Source: Arthrobacter globiformis NBRC 12137 (GTDB taxonomy: Bacteria; Actinomycetota; Actinomycetes; Actinomycetales; Micrococcaceae). From it: a stretch of 32,000 nucleotides of DNA. Position 1 is the stretch's first letter. Every line of letters starts with the position of its first letter. Below the pieces are notes generated by a model that saw nothing but the letters and a program-made list of their open reading frames with translations, did no database searches and was not told the origin of the DNA. Location of the stretch: the NCBI RefSeq assembly GCF_000238915.1, contig NZ_BAEG01000047.1, forward strand, positions 110,376-142,375, given 5' to 3'. Both the position numbers and the translations under genes were made by a program. Below, piece after piece: positions 24,316-32,000 of the stretch.

Positions 24316-25066
24316 ACTCGACGGCGTGGGCTTCGGCTACTCGCCCCGGGACTGGGTGTTCCGCGGCGTCAGCTTCCGCGTGCCGCCGGGAACCGCCACC
24401 GCCGTGCTGGGCCCGAACGGCAGCGGCAAGACCACGCTGGTGCGCTGTGCCGCGGGACTGCTGGACCCGCAGGAGGGAACGGTCCGGCTCAGCGAAAGCG
24501 CCGGCTACGTCCCGCAGGCGCACGGCAGCGCCTTTGCCTACCGGGCACTGGACATGGTCCTGATGGGGCGCGCCCGGCACGTTGGAGTGTTCCGGACACC
24601 CGGGTCTTCCGACCATGAGGCAGCGCTGGAGGCGATGGAACGGGTAGGCGCGGCTGGGCTGCGGGACCGGCGTTTCCCCACCCTCAGCGGCGGCGAGCAG
24701 CAATTGATCCTGATCGCCCGGGCCATTGCTGCCGGCTCGCCGGTCCTGGTGCTGGACGAGCCCGCCACCGGCCTGGACCTCAAGAACCAGGCCCGCGTCC
24801 TGACGCTGTTGCGTGAACTGATGGCGGACGGAATGGCCCTGCTCCTGAGCACCCACCATCCCGACCACGCCCTGCACCTGGCCGACCGCGTAGTCCTGCT
24901 GGGCCGCTCCGGTGTGCGGACCGGCTCGGCAGCGGAACTCCTCACCGACGCCCAGCTGTCAGCCCTCTACGGTGTGCGCGTGAGCACCGTGGCCTACTCC
25001 GACGACGGCGACGGCTTCCCCAGCAGCACGCCCCGCCGGACCATCGTGGTGCACTACGGCAGTTGA
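24308..25066 (+). CDS. ABC transporter ATP-binding protein (FecE/FepC-like)
   Basis: Walker A GPNGSGKTT, signature LSGGEQQ, Walker B VLVLDEP. The GTG start overlaps the permease gene by 8 nt. Confidence 0.9.
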   Translation: MLELDGVGFGYSPRDWVFRGVSFRVPPGTATAVLGPNGSGKTTLVRCAAGLLDPQEGTVRLSESAGYVPQAHGSAFAYRALDMVLMGRARHVGVFRTPGSSDHEAALEAMERVGAAGLRDRRFPTLSGGEQQLILIARAIAAGSPVLVLDEPATGLDLKNQARVLTLLRELMADGMALLLSTHHPDHALHLADRVVLLGRSGVRTGSAAELLTDAQLSALYGVRVSTVAYSDDGDGFPSSTPRRTIVVHYGS

Positions 25067-25140
25067 CGCTCCCTCACTTTTCGCACCAATTCCACCAACG
25101 CTCCCTCACTTTTCGCACCAATTCCACCAACGCTCCCTCA
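25067..25140 (+). repeat. Left arm: perfect 32-bp tandem repeat CGCTCCCTCACTTTTCGCACCAATTCCACCAA x2.3
   Basis: Units at 25067-25098 and 25099-25130 are identical. A partial third unit occupies 25131-25140. The array starts 1 nt after the ATPase stop codon. Confidence 0.9.
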
Positions 25141-25176
25141 GATCCCGTCGCCCCAGGCCAAACGCTTCCGCACAGA

Positions 25177-25283
25177 GTGAGTAAGCGTTTGGAATGAACC
25201 GACGAGAAGTGAGGAAGCGTTTGGAAAAACCCGACCAAACGTGAGGAAGCGTTTGGAATGAGGCGACCAAAAGTGAGGACGCG
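25177..25283 (-). repeat. Right arm: 3.3 diverged 32-bp units (GTGAGGAAGCGTTTGGAA + 14 variable nt), homologous to the left-arm unit in inverted orientation
   Basis: Units start at 25177, 25209, 25241 and 25273. The reverse complement of the left unit (GTGAGGGAGCGTTGG...GCGAAAA) aligns to them. All pairs share a dyad centre near 25159. Confidence 0.85.
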
Positions 25284-25300
25284 TCCGGCGCCTGAGCGGG

Positions 25301-28111
25301 CTACCCGGTGTTGCGGAGGCCTGCTGCTACGCCGTTGACGGTGATGAGCATGGCTCGCTGCAGGCGCTCGTCGATCTCGCCGCCGGAAATGCCGGCACCC
25401 TCTGCACGCACGCGGCGGAGCAGTTCCACCTGGAGGTAGCTGATCGGGTCGAGGTACTGGTCGCGGATTTCCAGCGACCGCTTGAGCGTGGGCTGGGCAT
25501 CCAGGAGCACGGTCTCGCCGGTGAGGTTCTGGATCTCGGCGACGGTGAGTTCGTACTCGTCACGGATGGCGCGGAAAAGGTGGTGCAGTTCCGCCGGGAC
25601 CAGGGTGTCAACGTAGTAACCCGCGATCTCCATGTCCGTCTTGGCCAGGGTCATCTCCACGTTGGAGAGCACCGAGCGGAAGAAGTGCCAGCCGTGCATC
25701 ATCTCCACGAGCTGGGCCGAGTTGCCTGCTTCACGTGCCGCCTTCAGCCCGGAGCCGACGCCGAACCAGCCCGGCACGATCTGCCGCGACTGGGTCCAGC
25801 CGAACACCCACGGGATGGCGCGCAGGCCGCCCAGTCCCGCACCGGAGTCCGGGCGCTTCGACGGGCGGGAGCCGATGTTCAGCGAACCGAGCTGCTCCAC
25901 CGGCGTCGAGGCCAGGAAGTACGCGGGCAGGTCCGGGTGGTCGATAAGGCTGCGGTAGCGGGCAAAAGCGGCGTCGGAGATGGTCTCCATGACGTGCCCG
26001 AACCGCTCCCGCTGATCATCGGACGTGCGCGGCGTGCGGTGCAGCGCGGACCCCTGCAGCACGGCCGCCAGCGACAGCTCCAGGTTTTCACGGGCAAGTT
26101 CCGGGAGGGAGTACTTGTCCGAGATGACCTCGCCCTGTTCGGTGAACTTGATTTCGCCCTCGAGGACGCCGTTGGGCTGCGCCATGATGGCGTCGTAGGT
26201 GGGTCCGCCGCCGCGGCCCACTGAACCGCCGCGGCCGTGGAACAGGCGCACCCGGACGCCGTGCTTGGCGGCGATGTCGCGCAGCTTGCGCTGGGTCTTG
26301 TGGATTTCCCACTGGCTGGTCATCACGCCGGATTCCTTGTTGGAGTCCGAGTAGCCGAGCATGACTTCCTGGACGTCCCCGCGCAGCCGGACCAGTTCGC
26401 GGTAGGACGGGTCGGACAGCAGCTCGTCCACGATTTCCGCCGAGGCCCGCAGCTCCTCAACCGTTTCCAGCAGCGGCGCGAAGCCGATCTTGGCGTACGG
26501 CGCATCGCCGAAGAGGCTGACCAGGCCGGCCTCGCGCGCCAGCACCGCTGCGGCCAGGACGTCGTCGGCGCCGCGGGTCATGGAGATGATGTAGGTCTCG
26601 ATGACGTCCGGGCCGTACGTGCGCAGGGCACGGCGGATCTCCCGGAAGACGTCGTACGTTCCGTCAGCGGCGCCGTCGAGCCTGATCGGGTGGCCGGACA
26701 GCGGACGGCGGGAGGCGAGCTCCGCGCTCAGGACCTCGAGGCGCTCGCCCCGGGTCAGCTCGGCATACCGGATGCCGGGACCACCGAGGCGGTCCATGAG
26801 CTGCCCGACGGCGTCATGGTGATGGTCTGCGTGCTCACGGATGTCGAGCGTGGCGAGGTGGAGACCAAAGGAGGCGATGGCCCGGCGCACACGGGCCAGC
26901 GCGCCGTCCGCGGCGAGGGACGCCGAGTGGTTGCGCAGCGAGAGTTCCAGGAGCTCCAGCTCGGAGATGAGTTCCTCGGTGGACGTGTAGTCGCGGCCGG
27001 GCTGGTGAGCGGAGCCTGCGGCGACCCTCTTGCCGGTGTTAATAAGCTTGGCCTTGACGCAGGTCAGCTTCAGCCGGTAGGGCTCCTGGGCGTTGAGTTC
27101 CAGGATGCGGCGGTCCAGTCCGGGCAGCTTCGCGAGGTCGGCGTCGATCGAATCGAGCAGCGCCTGGTCGGCGCCCGCGAGGGCTGTGGAGTTGGACAGG
27201 ATCGAGATGAGCTCGTCGATCATGGCGATGCTGATCCGCACGGCGTTCTGGTTCTGGAGCTGCAGGATCTCATGGGTCACCGCCGCGGTGACGTTCGGGT
27301 TGCCGTCGCGGTCACCGCCGATCCAGGAGCCAAACCGGATCGGGGCGTTGTGGGCCGGCAGCGCAACACCGTGCTCGCCGAGGAGTTCCGAGAAATCGGT
27401 GAGCATCTCCGGCAGCGCGTCCGTCAGGATGCTGTTGAGGTAGTAGATGGCGTTGCGGGCCTCGTCCACGGGAGTTGGCCGGACCTGGCGCAGCTCGTCC
27501 GTCTGCCACATCTGGTCGATCATCTCCGACAGCTGGCGGTCCTGCCGGCGCCGGGCGCTGGTGCCCTCCTCGGTGGGCTGGGCCAGGACATCCGAGAGCT
27601 TGCGGATCTTGTCCAGCACGGAACGGCGGGAGGCTTCGGTGGGGTGCGCAGTGAAGATCGGCCGCACATCCAGTTCGTTGACGACTTCCTGCAGCACCGC
27701 CGGGCCGGCCTGCCCCGCGATGTCCTCGACGGCCTTGGCCAGCCAGCCGTCCTTCTCCTGCCGGGTGCGCAGCCGGCGGACCCGGTGGACCTGCTCGGCG
27801 GCGTTGGCGAGGTGGAAGTAAAAGGCGAAGGCGCGGACCAGGTCGGTCGCCTGCTCGAGCGGCAGGGAGGCGAGCAGCTCGCGGACCTGGGCAACGACGT
27901 CGTGCGCGCTCCACGGACCCGTGGCGTGCGCGCCGCCCCGGGCAGCTTCCTTGGATTCCTTGGTGAGCAGACGCACCTGCTCCACGAGGTCAAGGAGTTC
28001 GGGTCCGTGCTGGCGGACCAGCGATTCACCCAGCAGGGTGGAAACGCGGCGCACATCGGCGCGGAGTTCGGCGGCGAGATCTGTTTCTGAATTCATTGCA
28101 GTGTCAGCCAT
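25301..28111 (-). CDS. ppc: Phosphoenolpyruvate carboxylase
   Basis: Hallmark motifs [17 protein letters not shown] and [14 protein letters not shown], and the C-terminal GLRNTG. I place the start at the ATG at 28111 (MADTAMNSE); the track ORF opens 13 codons earlier. Confidence 0.95.
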   Translation of the reverse strand: MADTAMNSETDLAAELRADVRRVSTLLGESLVRQHGPELLDLVEQVRLLTKESKEAARGGAHATGPWSAHDVVAQVRELLASLPLEQATDLVRAFAFYFHLANAAEQVHRVRRLRTRQEKDGWLAKAVEDIAGQAGPAVLQEVVNELDVRPIFTAHPTEASRRSVLDKIRKLSDVLAQPTEEGTSARRRQDRQLSEMIDQMWQTDELRQVRPTPVDEARNAIYYLNSILTDALPEMLTDFSELLGEHGVALPAHNAPIRFGSWIGGDRDGNPNVTAAVTHEILQLQNQNAVRISIAMIDELISILSNSTALAGADQALLDSIDADLAKLPGLDRRILELNAQEPYRLKLTCVKAKLINTGKRVAAGSAHQPGRDYTSTEELISELELLELSLRNHSASLAADGALARVRRAIASFGLHLATLDIREHADHHHDAVGQLMDRLGGPGIRYAELTRGERLEVLSAELASRRPLSGHPIRLDGAADGTYDVFREIRRALRTYGPDVIETYIISMTRGADDVLAAAVLAREAGLVSLFGDAPYAKIGFAPLLETVEELRASAEIVDELLSDPSYRELVRLRGDVQEVMLGYSDSNKESGVMTSQWEIHKTQRKLRDIAAKHGVRVRLFHGRGGSVGRGGGPTYDAIMAQPNGVLEGEIKFTEQGEVISDKYSLPELARENLELSLAAVLQGSALHRTPRTSDDQRERFGHVMETISDAAFARYRSLIDHPDLPAYFLASTPVEQLGSLNIGSRPSKRPDSGAGLGGLRAIPWVFGWTQSRQIVPGWFGVGSGLKAAREAGNSAQLVEMMHGWHFFRSVLSNVEMTLAKTDMEIAGYYVDTLVPAELHHLFRAIRDEYELTVAEIQNLTGETVLLDAQPTLKRSLEIRDQYLDPISYLQVELLRRVRAEGAGISGGEIDERLQRAMLITVNGVAAGLRNTG

Positions 28112-28279
28112 GGAAACTATCTTTCGAGTGTTCGACTTTGGCTCGTACACTGCGCTGGATACTGTGAGCCGGGTTACTGTTCCTATGGGATGTTACCCGC
28201 AGCAGGCCGGAGCCGGGAATATGTCTCAGATGTTGTCGCGCCCTTGAACCCGAACCGCCGGTCGCTGTATGGAGGACCC

Positions 28280-29104
28280 ATGAGCACCGCAGCAGACGCC
28301 CAGCTGGAGCGCTGGCTCCGCTTCCGCAAAGGCCGCAATACCGCCCTCGCGGCCGACCACGGCTGGCTCACACTCACGTCGTTTCAGTGGCTCGAAAGCG
28401 AGCCGGCCGCCGTCGACCTCGTCCCCGGGCTGTGGTCAGCGGACGGCACGACGGCGACGCTCACCGCCGCGGCGTCCGACGGGCTGACGCTCGTGGAAAC
28501 CGGGGAGCCGGTGGACGGGACGATCACGGCAGTGCTCGCCAACGAGGAGTCGCTCATGTGGGTACAGTTCGGCGGCGTGGACGGCAAACAGGTAGTGGTG
28601 GAGCTAGCGGTGCGCGCGGACAGATACGCGGTCCGCACCCGCGATTCGAAGTCGCCGGTGTTCACCGCGTTCGACGGCGTGCCCACCTTCGATTACCGGC
28701 CCGACTTGGTGGTTGAAGCACGGTTTGAGGCGTTCCCCGAGCCGGAGGACGTTCCGATTGCAACCGCGAACCCGCTGGTGGACGGGGTTCACCGCAGCGT
28801 CGGGGAACTGGTCTTCCGGCTGCCCGGCAAGGACCACGAGTACCGGCTTCATGCTGAAGAAGAGAAGCTCGGTGCCCTGACGGTCACGTTCCACGACGAA
28901 ACCAACGGCGAATTGACCGACGAGTGGCGCAAGGTGTCCACCGCGCGTCCCCGGCCGGACGGCTCCGTGGTTCTGGACTTCAACCGCGCCATCAACTATC
29001 CCAGTGCCTTTACGCCGTACGGCACCTGCCCCATGCCGGTGAAGAACAACAGCCTCGACGCCCGGATCGAAGCCGGGGAGAAGCAGCCCGCCCTCGCCGA
29101 CTGA
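28280..29104 (+). CDS. DUF1684-like protein (unknown function)
   Basis: The ATG at 28280 follows a GGAGGA Shine-Dalgarno. Sequence features such as HGWLTLTSFQWL and the C-terminal YPSAFTPYGTCPMP resemble DUF1684 family members as I remember them. Confidence 0.65.
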   Translation: MSTAADAQLERWLRFRKGRNTALAADHGWLTLTSFQWLESEPAAVDLVPGLWSADGTTATLTAAASDGLTLVETGEPVDGTITAVLANEESLMWVQFGGVDGKQVVVELAVRADRYAVRTRDSKSPVFTAFDGVPTFDYRPDLVVEARFEAFPEPEDVPIATANPLVDGVHRSVGELVFRLPGKDHEYRLHAEEEKLGALTVTFHDETNGELTDEWRKVSTARPRPDGSVVLDFNRAINYPSAFTPYGTCPMPVKNNSLDARIEAGEKQPALAD

Positions 29105-29159
29105 GCGCGCACGGATCCTTAAACCCCACCCGTCGTTGCGGGGGCCAGCCGCGGAAGCG

Positions 29160-30410
29160 TCAGGTTATCGCGGAGACGCCCGTGACGGCGCGGCCCACGA
29201 TCAGCGTGTTGATCTCGTACGAGCCCTCGTAGGTGTAAATGGCTTCCGCGTCGGCGAAGATCTTGGCCATCCGGTAGTCCGTGACGATGCCGTTGCCGCC
29301 CAGGATGGACCGGCCCATCGCCACGGTTTCGCGCATCCTCGCCGACGTGTAGGACTTGGCCAGCGCCACCTGCGCCATCCCGGCACCCTGTTCCTGCAAC
29401 TGCGAATGCTCCTGCAACTGCGCGATCCGGACCATCATGCCCATGCTCGCCATGGCGTTGCCCAGCATGGACACCAGCTGCTGCTGGATGAGCTGGAACC
29501 TCGCCAGCGGACGGCCGAACTGCTGGCGTTCGACGGCGTACTGCCGGGCGACGTCGAACGCGGCCAGCTGCTGCCCCACCGCCTGCCACGCCACCATGAT
29601 ACGTGAGCCGCGGAGCAGCTCATTGGTGTCATCGAAACTGCCGATGCCGGCGAAGCGGTCGGCCTCGGCCACCCGGACATCCTCGAAAACGATGTCCGCG
29701 TTCTGCACCGTGCGGAGCGCGATCTTGTTCTCGATCCGGCTCCGGCCCACTCCCGGCAACGAAGCGTCCACAATGAAGCCGCGGACCGCTCCGTCGGCTT
29801 CATCCCGCGCCCACACCAGCATGAAGTCGCAGAACGTCCCGTTGCCGATCCACCGCTTGGCGCCGTTCAGCACCCAGCTGTCCCCGCCGGCGTCGGCTTC
29901 TCCGGTACGGCCCGATATCCGGCGCGCCCGCGTCTCCATGCCGCCGGCGACGTCGGAGCCGTGATCCGGTTCGGTCAGCGCAAAGGCTCCCGTCGTCCTG
30001 AGGTTGGAGGCGTCGTCGAGGTACCGGCTGCGCTGGTCCTCGGAGCCGAAGCGGTAGAGCGACTCGACGAAAAGGTCGTGGTGGACCAGGAAAAACGTGG
30101 CGATCGAGGTGTCCACCCGCGTCATCTCCGCGATCACCAGCCCGGCGAACAGATGGCTGTAGCCGCGCTGTGCCGGCGTGCTCAGCTCCAGCGCGGCCAG
30201 CTTGGGGAGGATGTGCGCCGGAAATTCGGCCTTGTTCCACCAGTCCCCCGCGAACGGCGCGATCTCCGCGGCCAGGAACTCCCGCAGCTCGCCCAGCTTC
30301 CGCCGCTCGGCGGCGCTGAGCAGGGACTCGTAGCCGAAAAAGTCGGCGGCGGGCAGGGTGTCGACGGCGGGCATCGAGGCCCCGGGACTGCTTAGTTGGG
30401 TGCCGCTCAC
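29160..30410 (-). CDS. Acyl-CoA dehydrogenase (glutaryl-CoA dehydrogenase-like)
   Basis: 416 aa with typical ACAD features ([21 protein letters not shown], the C-terminal [14 protein letters not shown] equivalent of YEGTxxI). The GTG start overlaps the SDR stop (GTGA); the ATG at 30374 is an alternative. Confidence 0.88.
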   Translation of the reverse strand: MSGTQLSSPGASMPAVDTLPAADFFGYESLLSAAERRKLGELREFLAAEIAPFAGDWWNKAEFPAHILPKLAALELSTPAQRGYSHLFAGLVIAEMTRVDTSIATFFLVHHDLFVESLYRFGSEDQRSRYLDDASNLRTTGAFALTEPDHGSDVAGGMETRARRISGRTGEADAGGDSWVLNGAKRWIGNGTFCDFMLVWARDEADGAVRGFIVDASLPGVGRSRIENKIALRTVQNADIVFEDVRVAEADRFAGIGSFDDTNELLRGSRIMVAWQAVGQQLAAFDVARQYAVERQQFGRPLARFQLIQQQLVSMLGNAMASMGMMVRIAQLQEHSQLQEQGAGMAQVALAKSYTSARMRETVAMGRSILGGNGIVTDYRMAKIFADAEAIYTYEGSYEINTLIVGRAVTGVSAIT

Positions 30411-31225
30411 TTCGGGCCCATCCGGATGGCGCCGTCGAGGCGGATGGTCTCGCCGTTGAGCATGGCGTTCTCCACGATGTGCGCGGCGAGGTTGGCGTAC
30501 TCGGCGGGCCGGCCCAGACGGGACGGGTGCGGCACCTGCCGGCCCAGTGACTCCTGGGCATCCTGGGGCAGCCCCGCCATCATCGGGGTTTCGAAAAGCC
30601 CGGGTGCGATCGTCACCACACGGATGAGGGACCGGGCCAGCTCACGGGCCAGCGGCAGGGTCATGGCGGCCACGCCGCCCTTGGACGCGGCGTAGGCAGG
30701 CTGGCCGATCTGTCCGTCGAATGCGGCCACCGAGGCGGTGTTGATGATGACTCCGCGCTCCTCCCCGCCGAGCCCGGTCGCTGCAGGCTCGGTGGCGGCC
30801 ATCGCGGCGGCGGCCAGCCGGACCACGTTGAAGGTCCCCACCAGGTTGATCTGGATGACGCGCTGGAAAGTCTCCAGCGGCAGCACACCGTCGCGCCCCA
30901 GGACCTTGCCTGGCGTGGCGATGCCGGCGCAGTTCACGACGATCCGCAGCGGTCCCAGCCCGACGGCGGCGTCGACGGCGGCCTGCACCTGCTCCTCGCT
31001 GGTCACGTCCGCGGGAATGAAAACCGCTTTGGGGGCTGCCGGCTGATGGCCCGCGAGGCTCTGCGGGCCGGCCGCGTTCAGCTCGTCGGCGTAGGCGGCA
31101 CCGGCCGAGGAGCCGAGGTCAGCGAGCACTACCGAAGCGCCGGCGTCGAACAGCCGCCGGGCCGTGGCGGCGCCGAGGCCGGATGCACCGCCCGTGATGA
31201 GCGCGACGGAACCCTCGATTTCCAT
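30407..31225 (-). CDS. SDR-family 3-hydroxyacyl-CoA dehydrogenase-like oxidoreductase
   Basis: [12 protein letters not shown] Rossmann motif and YAASKGGV catalytic YxxxK. A strong Shine-Dalgarno AAGGAGGA precedes the ATG. Confidence 0.88.
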   Translation of the reverse strand: MEIEGSVALITGGASGLGAATARRLFDAGASVVLADLGSSAGAAYADELNAAGPQSLAGHQPAAPKAVFIPADVTSEEQVQAAVDAAVGLGPLRIVVNCAGIATPGKVLGRDGVLPLETFQRVIQINLVGTFNVVRLAAAAMAATEPAATGLGGEERGVIINTASVAAFDGQIGQPAYAASKGGVAAMTLPLARELARSLIRVVTIAPGLFETPMMAGLPQDAQESLGRQVPHPSRLGRPAEYANLAAHIVENAMLNGETIRLDGAIRMGPK

Positions 31226-31276
31226 ACATCCTCCTTGATGCGGAACCGGTCGATGCGGATCCGGATCCCGGCCGCG

Positions 31277-31296
31277 AACATTAGTTAGTGAATGTT
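31277..31296. promoter_or_regulatory. AT-rich inverted repeat AACATT-N8-AATGTT in a divergent intergenic region (candidate operator/promoter)
   Basis: Read directly. It is a sharp AT-rich island (GAACATTAGTTAGTGAATGTTAAC) in GC-rich surroundings, 52 bp upstream of the SDR start. Confidence 0.35.
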
Positions 31297-31397
31297 AACT
31301 GAAATGAGCGGCGGATGCATCCCGCGGCGCAGGGTGCACCAGACCGCCCCGCCCCTCCCGCACGGCCGCCGGCCCGGCAGTTCGCTAGGCTGGCCGT

Positions 31398-32000
31398 ATG
31401 ACCCAGCCAGATGCTGACGCCGCCCCCACCTCCGCGACGGCCTGGGCAGAGCGGGCCGACGACGCTGCACGGTCGGTTACGCACCTGTTCGGCCAGCGGC
31501 TGTTCTTCCTGCCCGGGACACACATCGCCGCCACCGCCCGGCCGTCCGGCCGCATCGAGAACCTCCGCCGCCCCTGGCACTACTGGTGGCAGGCGCATTA
31601 CCTGGACTGCCTGGTGGACGCGGGCTTTCGCGAACTTGGGAGGGCGGGGCGCCCGCCGGAAAAGTTCGACGGCGATGCCCGCCCCAGCGCCGGCCAGCTC
31701 GCGTCGAGGCTGGTCACCGGCATCCGGCTGCGGAATTTCCTGACGTTCGTCAACCACTACTACGACGACATGGCCTGGCTGGCCCTGTCCACGCTCCGGC
31801 TGGAGCGGCTGGCCGACGAGAGCCGCAGGCCCAGTCCCCGGCGGCAGGAGAGAATCCGCAAGAGCCTGACGCTGCAGTTCGACTCGGCGTCCACCGACGA
31901 CCTGGGCGGCGGCACATTCTGGAGCACCAAGCGGGACTTCAAGAACACCCCCGCCACGGCACCGGTTGCGCTCTACTACGCACGCACGGGCAACACCACC
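31398..32000 (+). CDS. Glycoside hydrolase family 76-like protein, 3'-truncated at window edge
   Basis: My own translation; it is not in the ORF track and stays open to position 32000: MTQPDADAAPTSATAWAERADDA...WWQAHYLDCLVDAG...NHYYDDMAWLALS...GGGTFWSTKRDFKNTPATAPVALYY. YYDD(M/N)AW contains the consecutive Asp-Asp catalytic pair of GH76. Confidence 0.65.
   Translation, partial: MTQPDADAAPTSATAWAERADDAARSVTHLFGQRLFFLPGTHIAATARPSGRIENLRRPWHYWWQAHYLDCLVDAGFRELGRAGRPPEKFDGDARPSAGQLASRLVTGIRLRNFLTFVNHYYDDMAWLALSTLRLERLADESRRPSPRRQERIRKSLTLQFDSASTDDLGGGTFWSTKRDFKNTPATAPVALYYARTGNTT

Noticed and set aside
25067-25283. Reading the 32-bp repeat array as a CRISPR locus
   Set aside because: The left units are directly tandem with no spacers. 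The right units have only ~14-nt variable segments. The two halves are inverted relative to each other, and there are no cas genes in the window.
26237-28090. A 617-aa ORF antisense to ppc
   Set aside because: ppc on the minus strand carries all the PEPC hallmark motifs, so the plus-strand ORF is a GC artefact.
29105-29159. A Rho-independent terminator between the DUF1684-like gene and the acyl-CoA dehydrogenase gene
   Set aside because: There is only a 4-bp CCCC/GGGG pairing and no U-tract, which is too weak to call.
1-32000. A mobile element, prophage or defence island
   Set aside because: I recognised no integrase, transposase, recombinase, tRNA attachment site, terminal inverted repeats around a gene block, or defence-system domains. 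Composition looks uniform except for short AT-rich intergenic patches.

Overview
This is a high-GC (roughly two-thirds G+C by eye) Actinomycetota-type chromosomal segment. It is densely coding, and I saw no transposase, integrase, tRNA/rRNA or CRISPR. Gene order: a 5'-truncated lhr helicase overlapping a nei-type glycosylase; a divergent yczE-like membrane gene and MocR/GntR-PLP regulator; an arsR-SRPBCC pair; an RluA-family pseudouridine synthase; a macro-domain protein; a DedA protein; a small orphan ORF. The centrepiece is a ~9.4 kb, 12-cistron operon (11650-21091) for a group 1h (actinobacterial, high-affinity, Tat-less) [NiFe]-hydrogenase. It runs hypA, hypB, hhyS, hhyL, a NifU/Rieske-like Fe-S protein, three conserved proteins of unknown function, a 39-aa membrane peptide absent from the ORF track, the maturation endopeptidase, hypC and an acidic disordered ORF. 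Next come a convergent gene with a HypC-like C-terminal fold, a Tat-lipoprotein/FecCD/ATPase chelate-type ABC importer, ppc, a DUF1684-like gene, an SDR/acyl-CoA dehydrogenase operon and a 3'-truncated GH76-like gene. The least explained parts are the uncharacterised hydrogenase-linked cistrons including the micro-ORF, a dyad-symmetric array of 32-bp repeats between the ABC operon and ppc, a 64-bp nested palindrome in the arsR/rluA intergenic region, and a triple ACTGGCC site at the MocR promoter. All family names come from motif recognition by eye; no database search was possible.
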